Source of the DNA: Promethearchaeia archaeon
Lineage (GTDB): Archaea; Asgardarchaeota; Lokiarchaeia; Sigyniarchaeales; SOKP01
Direction: 5' to 3'
NCBI GenBank assembly: GCA_029856105.1
Contig: JAHQWH010000189.1
Location: 1-64,000 of the forward strand
DNA: 64,000 nt
Shown: positions 8,924 to 20,148 of the stretch, one piece after another
How positions within the stretch are numbered: the first letter of the stretch is position 1
How the letters are laid out: every line of letters starts with the position of its first letter
The notes under the pieces: model-generated
What the model saw: only the letters and a program-made list of their open reading frames with translations
Told to the model about the DNA's origin: nothing
Database searches by the model: none
Translations under genes and position numbers: made by a program

Positions 8924-10492
8924 ATGTTTGTTGCTGCATTAGATTTAGGAACAACTGGTTGTAGAACATTTATTTTTGATTTAGCTGGAACTATAATCGC
9001 AAGCGATTATCAAGAATGGGAGAGTTTCTACCCTACGCCTTCCTATGTGGAACAGGATGCTAATGTGTGGTGGAAATCAATTAAAAGTACGATTGAGCGA
9101 GCAATAAAGAAGAGCGGGGTAGATAAAAGCGAGATTGTAAGTTGCTCAATTACCAACCAAATTTCAGAAAATTAATTTCTGGAAGGTCAAAGAGAAACAA
9201 TCGTACCTGTTGATAAGGAAGGAACTCCATTACATAACGCATTAGTTTGGCAAGATAGACGGACAACTGAACAGGTAGACTTTATAAAAAATAAAATAGG
9301 AATAGATAAAATTTATAGTACTACGGGTTTAACAATAGATCCGTATTTTTCAGCTACAAAGATTCTTTGGTTTAAAGACGAAAAGCCAGACATCTATCAG
9401 AAAACACATAAATTCTTGCTAGTTTCAGATTTTATAATCTATAAACTAACAGGAAAATATGTTAGTGATTTTAGTAATTTAAGTAGAACGATGTTATTTG
9501 ATATAAATAAACTCAAATATTCAGAAGATATTGCCTCTGAGTTAGAAATAGATTTGGATAAAATGCCAGATGCTATTGAAAGCGGAGTTGATATAGGAGA
9601 GATCGCTACAGAAGAGACTTTATTCGATAAAAAAACCTTGGTTGTTACAGGAGCAGGAGACCAACAAGCAGCAGCCCTAGGAGTGGGCGTCGTCTCTCCT
9701 GGGAGGATAAAATTAACGACTGGAACTGGAAGCTTTATTTTAGCTTATTTGGAAAAACCCAATTTCGACCCACAAAAGCGAGTATTGTGTAGTTGTCACG
9801 CAATCCCGGGGGCTTGGATCCAAGAAGCGAGTATTTTTACAAGTGGAGCTTTTCTAAGGTGGTTTAGGGACCAACTCGGAAGAGATGAATGCATAAAGGC
9901 TGAAGAACAAAATCAAGATCCTTACGTAATTCTAACGGAAGAAGCTGAAAAGTCTCCTATTGGGGCTAATGGACTATTAGCAATCCCCCATTTAGTTGGT
10001 GCTGGAGCACCATATTGGAATCCATATGCGAGAGGAATAATATATGGTTTATCTTTAGGTCATAAAAGGAGAGATATCGTTAGAGCGATTCTTGAAGGAG
10101 TAGCATTTGAAGTTAAAAAGAACATTGAAGTTTTTGGAGAGTTAGGGATTGAAACAAAAGAATTAAGGCTAACTGGAGGAGGGTCTCGCTCAGATTTTTG
10201 GAATCAAATTTATTCCGATGTATTAGGTTTAACATGCGTCAGAAATCTTATTGAAGAGGCTACATCGTTGGGAGCAGCAATACTAGCGGCTACGGGAGCA
10301 GGTTTGTTTTCAGATATCGCTAAAGCTGCCGAAAATGTGTGTAAAGTAGAAAATAAATGGAATCCTGATTTAAACCGACATGAGTTTTATCAAGATATTT
10401 ACCAATTATCGAATGATTTATACAAGTATTTAAATGAGAAAAATTTTTACAAAACTTACATCAATACGCTTCAAAATAAAAAATTAGTTTAA
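8924..10492 (+). CDS. FGGY carbohydrate kinase (glycerol kinase/xylulokinase-like), join(8924..9160,9191..10492), 512 aa after removing the putative intron
   Basis: DLGTTGCR, TNQ|RET, WQDRR, DPYFSATK, GDQQAA, TTGTG, GAGAPYW and TGGG motifs. Both ORF-track pieces are in the same frame, separated only by the TAA inside the 30-nt insert. Confidence 0.9.
9161..9190 (+). other. Putative BHB-type (tRNA-like) intron in FGGY kinase mRNA, 30 nt
   Basis: AACC-AA^A-TTTCAGAAA-ATTAA-TTTCTGGAA-GGTC-AA^A: 9-bp inner stem, two 3-nt bulges, central helix with 3 of 4 pairs, in-frame TAA in the loop. Removal gives AAC CAA AGA GAA ACA = NQRET. Confidence 0.8.
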
Positions 10493-10587
10493 ATCTTACA
10501 CTTTTTAAATGTCTTCTCCAAAATCAAACAACAATAAACAATTTTAAATATTTAGTTTGTTATAAATTTTTTATATAAAATAGAATA

Positions 10588-11193
10588 GTGAAAAAAATGG
10601 AAGAATCAAATATTGATTATAGAGGCAATTTTACTTCAAAACAAAGGGCAGTAGGAGAATTATTTTATATTTTTATTGTTATTGCGTGCTTAATTACAGT
10701 TACAGGAGGCATATGGTCAATATTTGACTTTGTAATGCCAACTGGAAAATTTGAAACTTTTTTAAACCTTAATTTAGGATACCAAATCGCAATAATCGCT
10801 GGATTTTTAGCAGGATTGTTCTTTCTTTTAATATTTTTCTTTGGGTTATTCAAGAAAGGAAGAAAATGGGTTTTACTGTTTATTTTTAATTTAAATGAAG
10901 TTGAAGAAAAGTATAAAAATCGTTTGGATGTTAAAATCGCAGCTGGAGGTTTGTTATTAAGTTTAATGGCAATTATTATTGGAATTATAATCGCTGTAAT
11001 TCAAGAGATATTTGGAAGTTCTAGTAGTACTTCGCCCTTTTCGGGATTGTTGGCATCTTTTACATCAGGTAACTGGATATTATTCACAGGAGTTTCAGTA
11101 TTTGCAGTTTTAGCCATCGCAATGTTTTTAATCTATTTTTGGAAGAATGGTTATTATCTCATATTAAAAATAATGGGCGTTTTAGAAAAATAA
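10588..11193 (+). CDS. Hypothetical 4-TM membrane protein
   Basis: Four hydrophobic helices in two similar halves. Confidence 0.7.
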   Translation: MKKMEESNIDYRGNFTSKQRAVGELFYIFIVIACLITVTGGIWSIFDFVMPTGKFETFLNLNLGYQIAIIAGFLAGLFFLLIFFFGLFKKGRKWVLLFIFNLNEVEEKYKNRLDVKIAAGGLLLSLMAIIIGIIIAVIQEIFGSSSSTSPFSGLLASFTSGNWILFTGVSVFAVLAIAMFLIYFWKNGYYLILKIMGVLEK

Positions 11194-11308
11194 TATACCC
11201 CAAACTTTTTTTACTACTTATTTTTTATTTTAAATATTTACTTCAATCAAATCAGTAAATTCTCTCTCTTATCTTATTTTTATTAATTAAGCGTCATATC
11301 TAAAATCA

Positions 11309-12835
11309 ATGCCCTTTAAGGTTGGTATTGTTTTTAATTTTCTTCAATTACCTGATGTTTCTAAGTACCCATTCGTAATTAACAAACGAAGTGACGATAT
11401 AATTGTTAAAAAGGGATTGTTTGTATCCACTAGAACAATTGAGGGTTATTTAATCGGCATAATTGAGAAAATTGTTTTAATAAACGAATATTTCTCGGAT
11501 GCCTTAACAATTAAATCCTATAACAGCAAAAATAATCCCAATATTCTCAAAGGGCTATTTCCTAGTGACGATTTTGAATATGCTATAGCTATCGTTAAGA
11601 ATTTAGGGATTATAGAGTTTAAAGAGGATAGCGAAAAAGAAATTAGATTAATAACAAGGATGACATATCCTGCGAGTCCCGGCAAAGAAGTTTATTTGGT
11701 AGAAGAAGACATTCTAAATAATTTTATAGGCTTCGATAAAGTGTATGGTTTAAATTTAGGAAAATTAAGGGTATCAAATATCGATGCTTATATAAACATG
11801 AATCGATTATTGAATAAACACCTTGCCATTCTTTCGATATCGGGAGGTGGTAAAAGTTATCTTACTTCTATTATTATTGAAGAATTATTAACAAGAAATA
11901 AAACTTTTGGAACGCCCGCAATTATTATGATTGATGTCCATGGAGAATACAAATATCTAAGTGCAACCTCTACTATAAAAAATAAAGTTAAAGTTATAGA
12001 CACTTCATATTTTCAAATTTCAGTACCTAGATTGAGTGCTTATTCTTTTAAAAAATACCAAGAGCAAATATCTAACGTACAAATAAGAGAATTATCTAAG
12101 TACATTAAAATGTTAAGAAAAAATAAAGATTTAAAGAATAATTATAATCTAAATAACATTATAGATGTAATTGAAAAAGAATCTGATGGTAATAAAAGTA
12201 CAAAACAAGCTTTAGTCGGATGGCTTTCTGATTTAGAACGTTTAACCCTTTTTGGTTCGCAAGAAAACCCAATTTTAAAGAAAGTCATAAATCAAGGAGA
12301 AATTACTATTTTTAATCTTCAAAACGAAATTTCGATTCGTAAAAAACAAATTATGGTTGATTATATTTGTAGTCGTTTGTTTTATCTAAGAAGAATGAAT
12401 GAAATTCCCCCTTTTTTACTAATTATTGAAGAGGCTCACCAATTTGCTCCTGAAGCAGCTCATTCTAAGGCACTATCTAAACATATAATTGAAACCGTCG
12501 CCAGGGAGGGAAGGAAATTCATGGCGTGTTTATGTTTAATAAGCCAGAGACCCAAAAAGTTAAGCACAACTGCTCTATCTCAAATTAACTCAAAGTTAAT
12601 TCTAAATATTAAGAACCCATACGATTTAAAGCATTTAATGGATAGTTCAGAGGCTATCACTAAAGAATACGCTGATATGATTTCAAGTTTAGGAGTAGGT
12701 GAAATGTTATTGATGGGGAATGCTGTAAATTATCCTATATTTTTAAAAATAAGGGAGAGAAAATTAACATCTCAAATTGAAAATATATCTTTAGCTCAAG
12801 TGTGTTTAAATTGGAAAAAATTCCAATCAGTTTAG
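11309..12835 (+). CDS. HerA-like ATPase (HAS barrel + DUF87)
   Basis: KHLAILSISGGGKS, IDVHGEY, IIEEAHQFAP, AREGRKF, SQRP. Confidence 0.85.
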   Translation: MPFKVGIVFNFLQLPDVSKYPFVINKRSDDIIVKKGLFVSTRTIEGYLIGIIEKIVLINEYFSDALTIKSYNSKNNPNILKGLFPSDDFEYAIAIVKNLGIIEFKEDSEKEIRLITRMTYPASPGKEVYLVEEDILNNFIGFDKVYGLNLGKLRVSNIDAYINMNRLLNKHLAILSISGGGKSYLTSIIIEELLTRNKTFGTPAIIMIDVHGEYKYLSATSTIKNKVKVIDTSYFQISVPRLSAYSFKKYQEQISNVQIRELSKYIKMLRKNKDLKNNYNLNNIIDVIEKESDGNKSTKQALVGWLSDLERLTLFGSQENPILKKVINQGEITIFNLQNEISIRKKQIMVDYICSRLFYLRRMNEIPPFLLIIEEAHQFAPEAAHSKALSKHIIETVAREGRKFMACLCLISQRPKKLSTTALSQINSKLILNIKNPYDLKHLMDSSEAITKEYADMISSLGVGEMLLMGNAVNYPIFLKIRERKLTSQIENISLAQVCLNWKKFQSV

Positions 12836-13099
12836 GTCTTCCAGAATTTCTTCTCTAATTTTTTGAGATTGTTTATTAAGCACAATCATCTTTTTGGTTT
12901 TTGAGACTCGGAAGACGTTAATAATAGTTCGGCTTTCTAATTTCATTAATAATTCTTCTAACATCAATGGGTTAATGTAAGGGAATTCCTTTTTAAGTAG
13001 TTCTTCCAATCGTTTATTTAACACTTCTCCTTTATTTTTAACTAGGATATCGATTAAAGAATTTACTACAGGCTTTTGATTCCAACGTTGTGTTTCGAT
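12827..13099 (-). CDS. Small winged-helix-like protein downstream of cdc48 (probable ATC/ATA start)
   Basis: The frame stays open upstream of the track's GTG (IETQRWNQKPVVNSLIDILVKNKGEV...), with GGTGA RBS at 13106-13110. Contains a wH-like LMKLESRTIINV. Confidence 0.6.
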   Translation of the reverse strand: METQRWNQKPVVNSLIDILVKNKGEVLNKRLEELLKKEFPYINPLMLEELLMKLESRTIINVFRVSKTKKMIVLNKQSQKIREEILEDLN

Positions 13100-13182
13100 T
13101 ATTGATCACCTTTTAATTAATTTTAGATAAAAATAAGTCTAATGCAATTAAAATGATTTTTCTCAAATTAACTTTATGAATA

Positions 13183-15414
13183 TTACGAAACCATTCGATC
13201 TTCTTTGGATTGTTCAATTATTCTACTTTTAAATTTTTCTACAAAATTTTCATACGATTTAATTACTTCGGGTAATATACTAGGGTTAATTAATTCTGTT
13301 GCCTGCTTAAAATGCTCTTTCGTAATTTTTCTTGCTCTTATATTTTCTCTAAGGGCAATCATACCCGCCTCGCGACATAATGTCTCAATATCCGCACCAG
13401 AGAAACCATTTAATGTCTTATTTAAGACATCCAAATCTATATTATTCGCAAGTGGCATATCTTTAGTAAATAATTTTAATATTTCAACTCTTCCTATTTC
13501 ATCAGGCGGGGGTACCAATAACATCCTATCAATTCTTCCAGGTCGGATTAAAGCGGGGTCTAAAATATCAGGGCGATTGGTAGCAGCAATCACCACTATA
13601 TCTTTCTTAACTTCTAAACCATCTAATTCAGTTAAAAATTGTGAAAGAACTTTTTCGGATACTCCTGAATCTGTAGTATGTCTACCTCTACTTGGAGCTA
13701 TTGAATCAAATTCATCAAAAAAGATAATACATGGTGCTGCCATTTTTGCTTTTCGGAAAACTTCGCGAATTGCTTTTTCGCTTTCTCCAACGTATTTAGA
13801 TAGCAATTCAGGTCCTTTAATAGAGATAAAATTAGCTTTACTTTCGTGTGCAACTGCCCTTGCCAAAAGTGTTTTTCCACACCCGGGTGGTCCATATAAT
13901 AAGACCCCTCTAGGGGGTTTTATTCCCATACGCTCAAAAATTTTTGGATGCGATAAAGGCCAATCTACAGCCTCTATTAGTTTCTGTTTTAATTCCTCTA
14001 ATCCACCTATCTGCTCCCAAGAGACATTTGGTATTTCAACGAATACTTCTCTTATTCCAGATGGCATTACTTCCTTTAAAGCCTCCTCAAAATCAGCTTT
14101 AGTTATCTTCATTTGTTCAAGTAATTCAGGATCTATCATTTCAGAATCTAAATCAATCTTTGGTAAATACCTCCTAAGAGCTGCCATCGCAGCTTCTCTA
14201 CACACTGCCATAATATCTGCACCAACGAATCCATGAGTAACATTAGCATATTCTTTTAAAGATATTTTTTCGAGAGGCATATTTCTCGTATGAATTTGAA
14301 AAACTTCTCTTCTTCCTTTTTCATTTGGAACTTTTATCTCAATTTCGCGATCAAATCTACCTGGACGCCTTAACGCGGGATCTAAACTATTAGGTCTATT
14401 TGTTGCTCCAATAACGATAACTCTTCCTCTACTATGTAACCCATCCATTAAGGCTAATAATTGAGCAACAACCCTTCGCTCTACTTCGCCAGTTACAGTT
14501 TCTCTTTTTGGGGCAATTGCATCGATCTCATCTATAAATATTATTGATGGGCTTTTTTCTTCAGCGTCGATAAATATTTTTCGTAGTTTTTTCTCAGATT
14601 CGCCATAAAATTTGCTCATAATTTCTGGACCGTTTATTGAAATAAAATAAGCTTCACTTTCATTAGCTACAGCTCTCGCTAACAGAGTTTTTCCGCAACC
14701 AGGAGGTCCCCTTAGTAAAATTCCTTTGGGGGGATCAATACCTAGACGTTTAAATAAAGAGGGGTGTCTTAGTGGAAGTTCAACCATTTCTCTAACCCTT
14801 TGTATCTCGCGATCTAATCCACCAACATCCTCATAGGTAACATAATCAGCTCCCCTTTCTTCGTCTTCAGTAATACGTTCGCTAATATGTAGAGCTGTTT
14901 CGGGTTTGATTATACAAACTCCACTTGGTCTTATGCTTATAACTTTAAACGTAATCTCTCGACTTATTCCTATTGAGATAAATATAAAATCATCAATCGT
15001 AACTGGATAATTATTAAGTTTTCGTTTAACGAAAGTTTCGAATCTGGGATTAGATTTTATTTTTACGCTTATTGGTGCTAAAACAATATTTTGAGCGGGG
15101 TGAGCGTTAACTTTCTGAATTTGGATTGTTTCATCTATACTTGCTCCCGTATTATTTTTTAATCTAGAATCGATGCGAATAATGCCTAATCCACTATCTT
15201 GGGGATAACTCGGCCAAGCAATTCCCGCACTTTCTTTCTTTCCAGAAAGAGCGATGACATCGCCAGTTTGAATGTTTAACTTTTCCATAGTTTCTTGATC
15301 AATTCTAGCAATATTACGGCCAATATCCCTTTTTTTAGCTTCTTGCACCCGTAGTGCAACTATTTGTGAATCTTTACTATTTGGTCCCTTTTTATCGTTC
15401 TCTTTAGTTGACAT
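13183..15414 (-). CDS. cdc48: CDC48/VCP (p97) AAA+ ATPase
   Basis: N-domain plus two AAA modules (GPPGCGKT twice, IDEID/FDEFD, RPGRFDR). Confidence 0.97.
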   Translation of the reverse strand: MSTKENDKKGPNSKDSQIVALRVQEAKKRDIGRNIARIDQETMEKLNIQTGDVIALSGKKESAGIAWPSYPQDSGLGIIRIDSRLKNNTGASIDETIQIQKVNAHPAQNIVLAPISVKIKSNPRFETFVKRKLNNYPVTIDDFIFISIGISREITFKVISIRPSGVCIIKPETALHISERITEDEERGADYVTYEDVGGLDREIQRVREMVELPLRHPSLFKRLGIDPPKGILLRGPPGCGKTLLARAVANESEAYFISINGPEIMSKFYGESEKKLRKIFIDAEEKSPSIIFIDEIDAIAPKRETVTGEVERRVVAQLLALMDGLHSRGRVIVIGATNRPNSLDPALRRPGRFDREIEIKVPNEKGRREVFQIHTRNMPLEKISLKEYANVTHGFVGADIMAVCREAAMAALRRYLPKIDLDSEMIDPELLEQMKITKADFEEALKEVMPSGIREVFVEIPNVSWEQIGGLEELKQKLIEAVDWPLSHPKIFERMGIKPPRGVLLYGPPGCGKTLLARAVAHESKANFISIKGPELLSKYVGESEKAIREVFRKAKMAAPCIIFFDEFDSIAPSRGRHTTDSGVSEKVLSQFLTELDGLEVKKDIVVIAATNRPDILDPALIRPGRIDRMLLVPPPDEIGRVEILKLFTKDMPLANNIDLDVLNKTLNGFSGADIETLCREAGMIALRENIRARKITKEHFKQATELINPSILPEVIKSYENFVEKFKSRIIEQSKEDRMVS

Positions 15415-15507
15415 TTTTGATCGAATAAACAAAATTTAATTTTCAATATATATAAAGTAATAATTTTGTAAAAATTTTTCCTTTTTTTCTAATATTAAGT
15501 TTTAATT

Positions 15508-16557
15508 TTATTTGAAGAAGTTGTCCAAGGACACTTGTTTTTTAGAAGAGGCTTGCTTTTTCAACCGTTCAATTGCGTTTTCAACCCTGATTTTTGAAAA
15601 ATTGTGTTCCTCTATCAGTAATTCTTTAACTTTATCGTAATTAATTTTTCCCCACATTATCTTTGGATATTTTTTTTTTACATCTGGATATAAAAAGATA
15701 TCTTTTATTTGATCAATCATTTCTTTTTCTAGTTGAATTTCTATGTTACCAATTTTTACATTGTTTTTTAAAATATTTTCTAAGGAACCAAATTTCTTGA
15801 TTAGGTCATAAGCCTTATGTTGGCCAATTCCCTTAATTCCAGGGAAAAAATCAGTTCCTATTAAAATCCCCATCTCTATCAATTGTTCTCGAGTAATATT
15901 TAAATTTTCAAGAAATTTAGATAATGAAATGTATTCTATATCTAAAGTGACTGTAGTATCTCTAACCTTTTTACTTCTGCTTATTGCGAAATTTCTAATT
16001 AACCTTTTTCCTCCAAATAATAATGTGTCATAATCCTGGGATGCACAAGCCCAAGCATCACCAGCTTCAACTAGAAAGGCAGATTGAGCCTCACCTTCAG
16101 AGCTCGCCTCTACAATTGGAATCCCCAGATTTTTTAATAATTTTTTACTATCTTCAATCATATTCGTATCTAATTTGGATGTCATCTGAGCGAATTTTTT
16201 CGCACCTCTAAAATCTTCCTTCTCTTGAGCTTTTATCATTTTTTCCTTAGCATCTTCTTTAATTCTCCTTCGTTCTCTTATTGTTTCTAATTTTAATTCA
16301 GAAGGAGTCCCATCAAACACATAAATTGGTTTGATGTTATACTCTAAAAAATTTATTGTTCGATAAAATAATCCGGATAGATGAGAAGTCACATTACCAT
16401 TATAATCTTTTAAAGGAGTGCCATCTCTTTGCCTAATAATTGCTAAAAATTGATAGATCGTGTTAAATGCATCAATGGCAATCTGTTTATTTAATAGGTT
16501 ATCAAATGTAATTGTCCTTCTTACATCTTTCACTAATTCGTTTATTTTAGTACCCAT
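15508..16557 (-). CDS. fen: Flap endonuclease 1
   Basis: DAFNTIYQFL, EGEAQ, SQDYD, GTDF and a C-terminal PIP box QVSLDNFF. Confidence 0.97.
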   Translation of the reverse strand: MGTKINELVKDVRRTITFDNLLNKQIAIDAFNTIYQFLAIIRQRDGTPLKDYNGNVTSHLSGLFYRTINFLEYNIKPIYVFDGTPSELKLETIRERRRIKEDAKEKMIKAQEKEDFRGAKKFAQMTSKLDTNMIEDSKKLLKNLGIPIVEASSEGEAQSAFLVEAGDAWACASQDYDTLLFGGKRLIRNFAISRSKKVRDTTVTLDIEYISLSKFLENLNITREQLIEMGILIGTDFFPGIKGIGQHKAYDLIKKFGSLENILKNNVKIGNIEIQLEKEMIDQIKDIFLYPDVKKKYPKIMWGKINYDKVKELLIEEHNFSKIRVENAIERLKKQASSKKQVSLDNFFK

Positions 16558-16616
16558 GTTTTATCTTTTTTATTTTTATCTAATATTAATTTATATTTTT
16601 TCCTATTTATTTTGCA

Positions 16617-17171
16617 TTATATTTTTTCCTTTATTAGTGGTCTTCTTTTTAGTTTAGAACCACACATTTCACAAATTTTATTAAAATCTTTAGGTTTGAA
16701 AATTGTTTTGCAATGGGGGCAATATATCTCAAAAAATATCTTTTCTTTTATACCCTCCTTAAACATAGGCATAAATTTTATCTTTAATTCGCTACATAAA
16801 TTCTCCATGGAATAATCGTTTGTGTAGAGAACAATCTCTTGGTTATATGTGTCCATCAATTCTAAAGCTAATGCAATCAAATTCACATCAGCATCAGATA
16901 ACGCATTTATATCGCCCGTTAGTTTAGATTTTTCGTCTACTTTGTTAATGTAATTTTCATTAGCTTCTTTTATAATTAATTTTCCAAGTTCAACTGCCAC
17001 TTCTATTCTATGTATAATATTTCTATTCTTATCTTTATATCTTTTAACTTGAATCTCATCGATAATTTCTGGAGTAGTGAAAATTGTCTCCTTAAAAAAA
17101 TTGAAATCGATACCTTTTAAAAAAATATTAGTATCAAAAACTAGAATTGAACCCTTCTTCAGGGCTATCAT
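16617..17171 (-). CDS. nob1: Nob1-like PIN-domain endoribonuclease
   Basis: FDTN, LSDAD, TNDYSMEN and a C-terminal CxxC...CxxC zinc ribbon. Confidence 0.88.
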   Translation of the reverse strand: MIALKKGSILVFDTNIFLKGIDFNFFKETIFTTPEIIDEIQVKRYKDKNRNIIHRIEVAVELGKLIIKEANENYINKVDEKSKLTGDINALSDADVNLIALALELMDTYNQEIVLYTNDYSMENLCSELKIKFMPMFKEGIKEKIFFEIYCPHCKTIFKPKDFNKICEMCGSKLKRRPLIKEKI

Positions 17172-18060
17172 CTCTCGGAGGTTTTAATCCCACAATAATT
17201 TTTTTCCTTAACCGTCTAATATAATTATCGCTTATACTTCTTGAAAGACGGATAAATTTTGTATGAGAATTTGCTTTACGGATTTTGACAACTGTATTTG
17301 GTTGGATATTTTTAAAAGTTCTCTGACCATCAATTATAATTTTTGCACTTAGTCTTGGTCTTAGAAGTTGAATTTCAACTTCGCTATCAATAGGAAGTAC
17401 TATTGGTTTCAATCCTGATCTCGCAAAACTATTTAATGGCGTTATTTGCATTATATCCATTGTGGGTTTTACAATAGACCCTCCCGCACTTAGATTATAC
17501 CCCGTAGAGCCTACTGAAGTTGAAATAATAATACCATCTAAATAACTTCGATTTAGAAAACAACCATCTATTTTAACTGATATTAATAATACTTTAGAGC
17601 TTTTTGATGAAACTATTAGAACTTCGTTCAATGCATTATTTAATTTAATTTCTTCAGAAGCTTTAATTACATATGGAGCTAATTTTGAGCATTTTTCAAC
17701 TATATATTCGCCTTTTAATACGCGATTTATGTCATTAAAAACATTTCTTTCATTAGTTTCGTCTAAAAAGCCGATAGACCCAATATTTACTCCCAAAATG
17801 GGTGGAGCGTTGCGTTGTGATAGGGCACTTGCCACCCTAAGAATAGTTCCGTCTCCACCAATGGATATGAGAAATTTTGTATTCTCTGCTGTCATCTCTT
17901 TAAGATCCATACCATTGTGAGGTAAGATTTTAGGTGCGATTCTGGTTTCCAATTGAACAATTTCGCCTTTTTTCACTAAATAATCAAAAAGTCTCTTAGT
18001 TAAATTTATCGCTCTCTCTGAATCCATTCTACAAGCTAATGAAACTGCTATTTTTTCCAT
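17134..18060 (-). CDS. nadK: NAD(+) kinase
   Basis: GGDGT, NE, GSTGYNLSAGG. Confidence 0.95.
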   Translation of the reverse strand: MEKIAVSLACRMDSERAINLTKRLFDYLVKKGEIVQLETRIAPKILPHNGMDLKEMTAENTKFLISIGGDGTILRVASALSQRNAPPILGVNIGSIGFLDETNERNVFNDINRVLKGEYIVEKCSKLAPYVIKASEEIKLNNALNEVLIVSSKSSKVLLISVKIDGCFLNRSYLDGIIISTSVGSTGYNLSAGGSIVKPTMDIMQITPLNSFARSGLKPIVLPIDSEVEIQLLRPRLSAKIIIDGQRTFKNIQPNTVVKIRKANSHTKFIRLSRSISDNYIRRLRKKIIVGLKPPRDDSPEEGFNSSF

Positions 18061-18173
18061 CGAACTCAGACTTCTTTTGTATTTTTTTTTACTTTTATTG
18101 ATATTTTACAAAATTTAATAAATTTTAATAAAATAAAATTCTAATTCTGCTCAAAAAAGTTTATAATAACGTT

Positions 18174-18602
18174 CTAATTAATAATTACTCTACTTATCAA
18201 AGTTTTTCCGGCAAGTTGCCAATATTCTACTTGTGCCATCGACATTTTTCCGGGATCGGCTTGTAAATCCTTTATCTTTGCTTTTAAATCTTCCTCTGCC
18301 GGCCAAGCAACATCCACTGATTCATAGGATTCGAGATCCATGATATTAATTGATGTTTCTTCAATAAAGTTAATCTGTGCTGCACCTTTGATTATCTCGG
18401 GAATGTCAACAACGTGACCTGATGGTATGGTGAGAGATCTCTTATTATTATCAAACATTCCGACACACACTACCCGAACTTTGGCGTGTCCGTGTTTTCC
18501 AGACTTACTTCTTTCAGTAGCTTTTATAATGCACGGTTCTTCATCAACCATAATATACTGACCAGTTTTAAGCTTTTGAACTTCTGTTCTTCTTATGCTC
18601 AT
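18174..18602 (-). CDS. eif5a: Translation initiation factor 5A
   Basis: Hypusine motif KSGKHGHAK. Confidence 0.97.
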   Translation of the reverse strand: MSIRRTEVQKLKTGQYIMVDEEPCIIKATERSKSGKHGHAKVRVVCVGMFDNNKRSLTIPSGHVVDIPEIIKGAAQINFIEETSINIMDLESYESVDVAWPAEEDLKAKIKDLQADPGKMSMAQVEYWQLAGKTLISRVIIN

Positions 18603-18758
18603 AAATTATTTTCTCCTTTTTTTTCCAACATTAGGTTTATATGAAATATTTTTTATTTTCACATATCTTTTTTTATATAATAATATCCTTATTTAAAAAA
18701 AAATATTAGTTTTTGTTAATATTAATTATTAAAACATAAAAGTAAAAATAGATTTGTT

Positions 18759-20135
18759 ATGGCGTTTAAGAAACTAGGAAAGGATCTAGAGGACCTAATG
18801 CGAAAATTACGAGGTTTACCTAAGATCGATAAAGACGCAATCAACATGATAGTACAATCATTACAGCGAAGTCTATTAGAGGCGGATGTGCAAGTGGAGT
18901 TAGTTTTTCAGATGACTGAAAATATTAAAAAAGAGGCAAAGAATACTGAACTTAAAAGAGCAAGAAGAAAAGATTTCATAATTAAACTTGTTCATGACGA
19001 ATTGGTTAAAACCATTGGAGGGAAATCTGCTCCCATTAGAATAAAACCAGGAAAAAGTAACGTGATTTTACTTGTCGGAATTCAAGGATCAGGTAAAACA
19101 ACTACTGTTGGTAAGTTAGCGCGCTTTTATAAAAATAAAGGGTATAAAGTAGCTACTGTCACAACGGACACATGGCGTCCAGGGGCTTATGAACAGCTTG
19201 TTCAACTAACAGAACAAATAGGAGTTAAATGCTATGGAAATCCTAATGAAAAAAATGCAATTAAACTTGCCGTAAGAGAAACAAAAAAAGCCATAAATGA
19301 TGGACACGACATAATTATCGTGGATACCGCTGGTCGCCATAAGGAAGAGAAAGAATTAATGAAAGAGATGGAAAAAATTGAGAACAATTTAAAGCCTAAC
19401 GAAGTAATCTTGGTAATTGACGGAAGTATAGGTCAACAAGCTTATTCGCAAGCAGAAGAATTCGCAAAAACCACAAATATTGGTAGTATAATCGTAACTA
19501 AATTAGATGGAACCGCTAAAGGTGGAGGTGCTCTTTCTGCTTGCGCTGCGACTAATCAATCCATAAGATTTATTGGGGTTGGTGAAAAAATTGATGATTT
19601 TGAAGAATTCAATTCAAGTACTTTTGTAGGCACTTTATTAGGTATACCAGATATAGAAGGCTTAGTGAAAAAAGTTGAGGAAGCTGAAATTGATGTAGAC
19701 CCAGATATGGTTAAAAGAATGATGAAGGGTAAGTTCACTCTAGATGACCTTTACCTACAATTAAAAAGCATAAAAAAGGTAGGTAAGATGAAAAATATTT
19801 TATCTATGATTGGAGGAGGAAATATTCCTGACGCTTTAACTGATGACGCGGAGAAGAATTTAGAAAAATGGCGCGTGGTTTTAGATTCTATGACTTCGGA
19901 AGAAAAGTTCGACCCAAAAATTATTAAAAAAACCAGAAAAAGAAGAATTGCTCTTGGAAGCGGTACAGATTATGCTACAATAAATCGAATGCTCGACCAA
20001 TATAACCAAATGAAAAAGTTCTTCAAGAAAGCCTTACAAATGCAAAAGAAAGGTAAAGGAATGCCGGGTATGCCGGGAATGGGAAAGCAAGGAGCACAAT
20101 TTATGAATAAATTAGGAAAAGATTTTAAATTTTAA
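18759..20135 (+). CDS. srp54: Signal recognition particle protein SRP54
   Basis: GIQGSGKTTT, DTAGRH, TKLDGTAKGGG and a Met-rich M domain. Confidence 0.97.
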   Translation: MAFKKLGKDLEDLMRKLRGLPKIDKDAINMIVQSLQRSLLEADVQVELVFQMTENIKKEAKNTELKRARRKDFIIKLVHDELVKTIGGKSAPIRIKPGKSNVILLVGIQGSGKTTTVGKLARFYKNKGYKVATVTTDTWRPGAYEQLVQLTEQIGVKCYGNPNEKNAIKLAVRETKKAINDGHDIIIVDTAGRHKEEKELMKEMEKIENNLKPNEVILVIDGSIGQQAYSQAEEFAKTTNIGSIIVTKLDGTAKGGGALSACAATNQSIRFIGVGEKIDDFEEFNSSTFVGTLLGIPDIEGLVKKVEEAEIDVDPDMVKRMMKGKFTLDDLYLQLKSIKKVGKMKNILSMIGGGNIPDALTDDAEKNLEKWRVVLDSMTSEEKFDPKIIKKTRKRRIALGSGTDYATINRMLDQYNQMKKFFKKALQMQKKGKGMPGMPGMGKQGAQFMNKLGKDFKF

Positions 20136-20148
20136 ATTAAATTAGAAT

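Noticed and set aside
9158-9191. Inserts as MITE/transposon footprints (direct repeat CAAA here, AAT at 37094/37127)
   Set aside because: Not fully excluded. However, the repeats differ in length and coincide with the BHB bulges, the two inserts share no terminal sequence, and each insert's 3' end pairs with the upstream exon, which a footprint would not predict.
8915-10492. Treating the two FGGY ORFs as a nonsense pseudogene or as stop-codon readthrough
   Set aside because: The stop lies within 10 extra codons that split a conserved motif, so readthrough would leave the motif broken. The rest of the gene is intact and the insert has BHB geometry.
13205-14236. 343-aa antisense ORF (and the other short shadow ORFs in the track)
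   Set aside because: They lie opposite or inside well-supported genes such as cdc48 and have no recognisable motifs.
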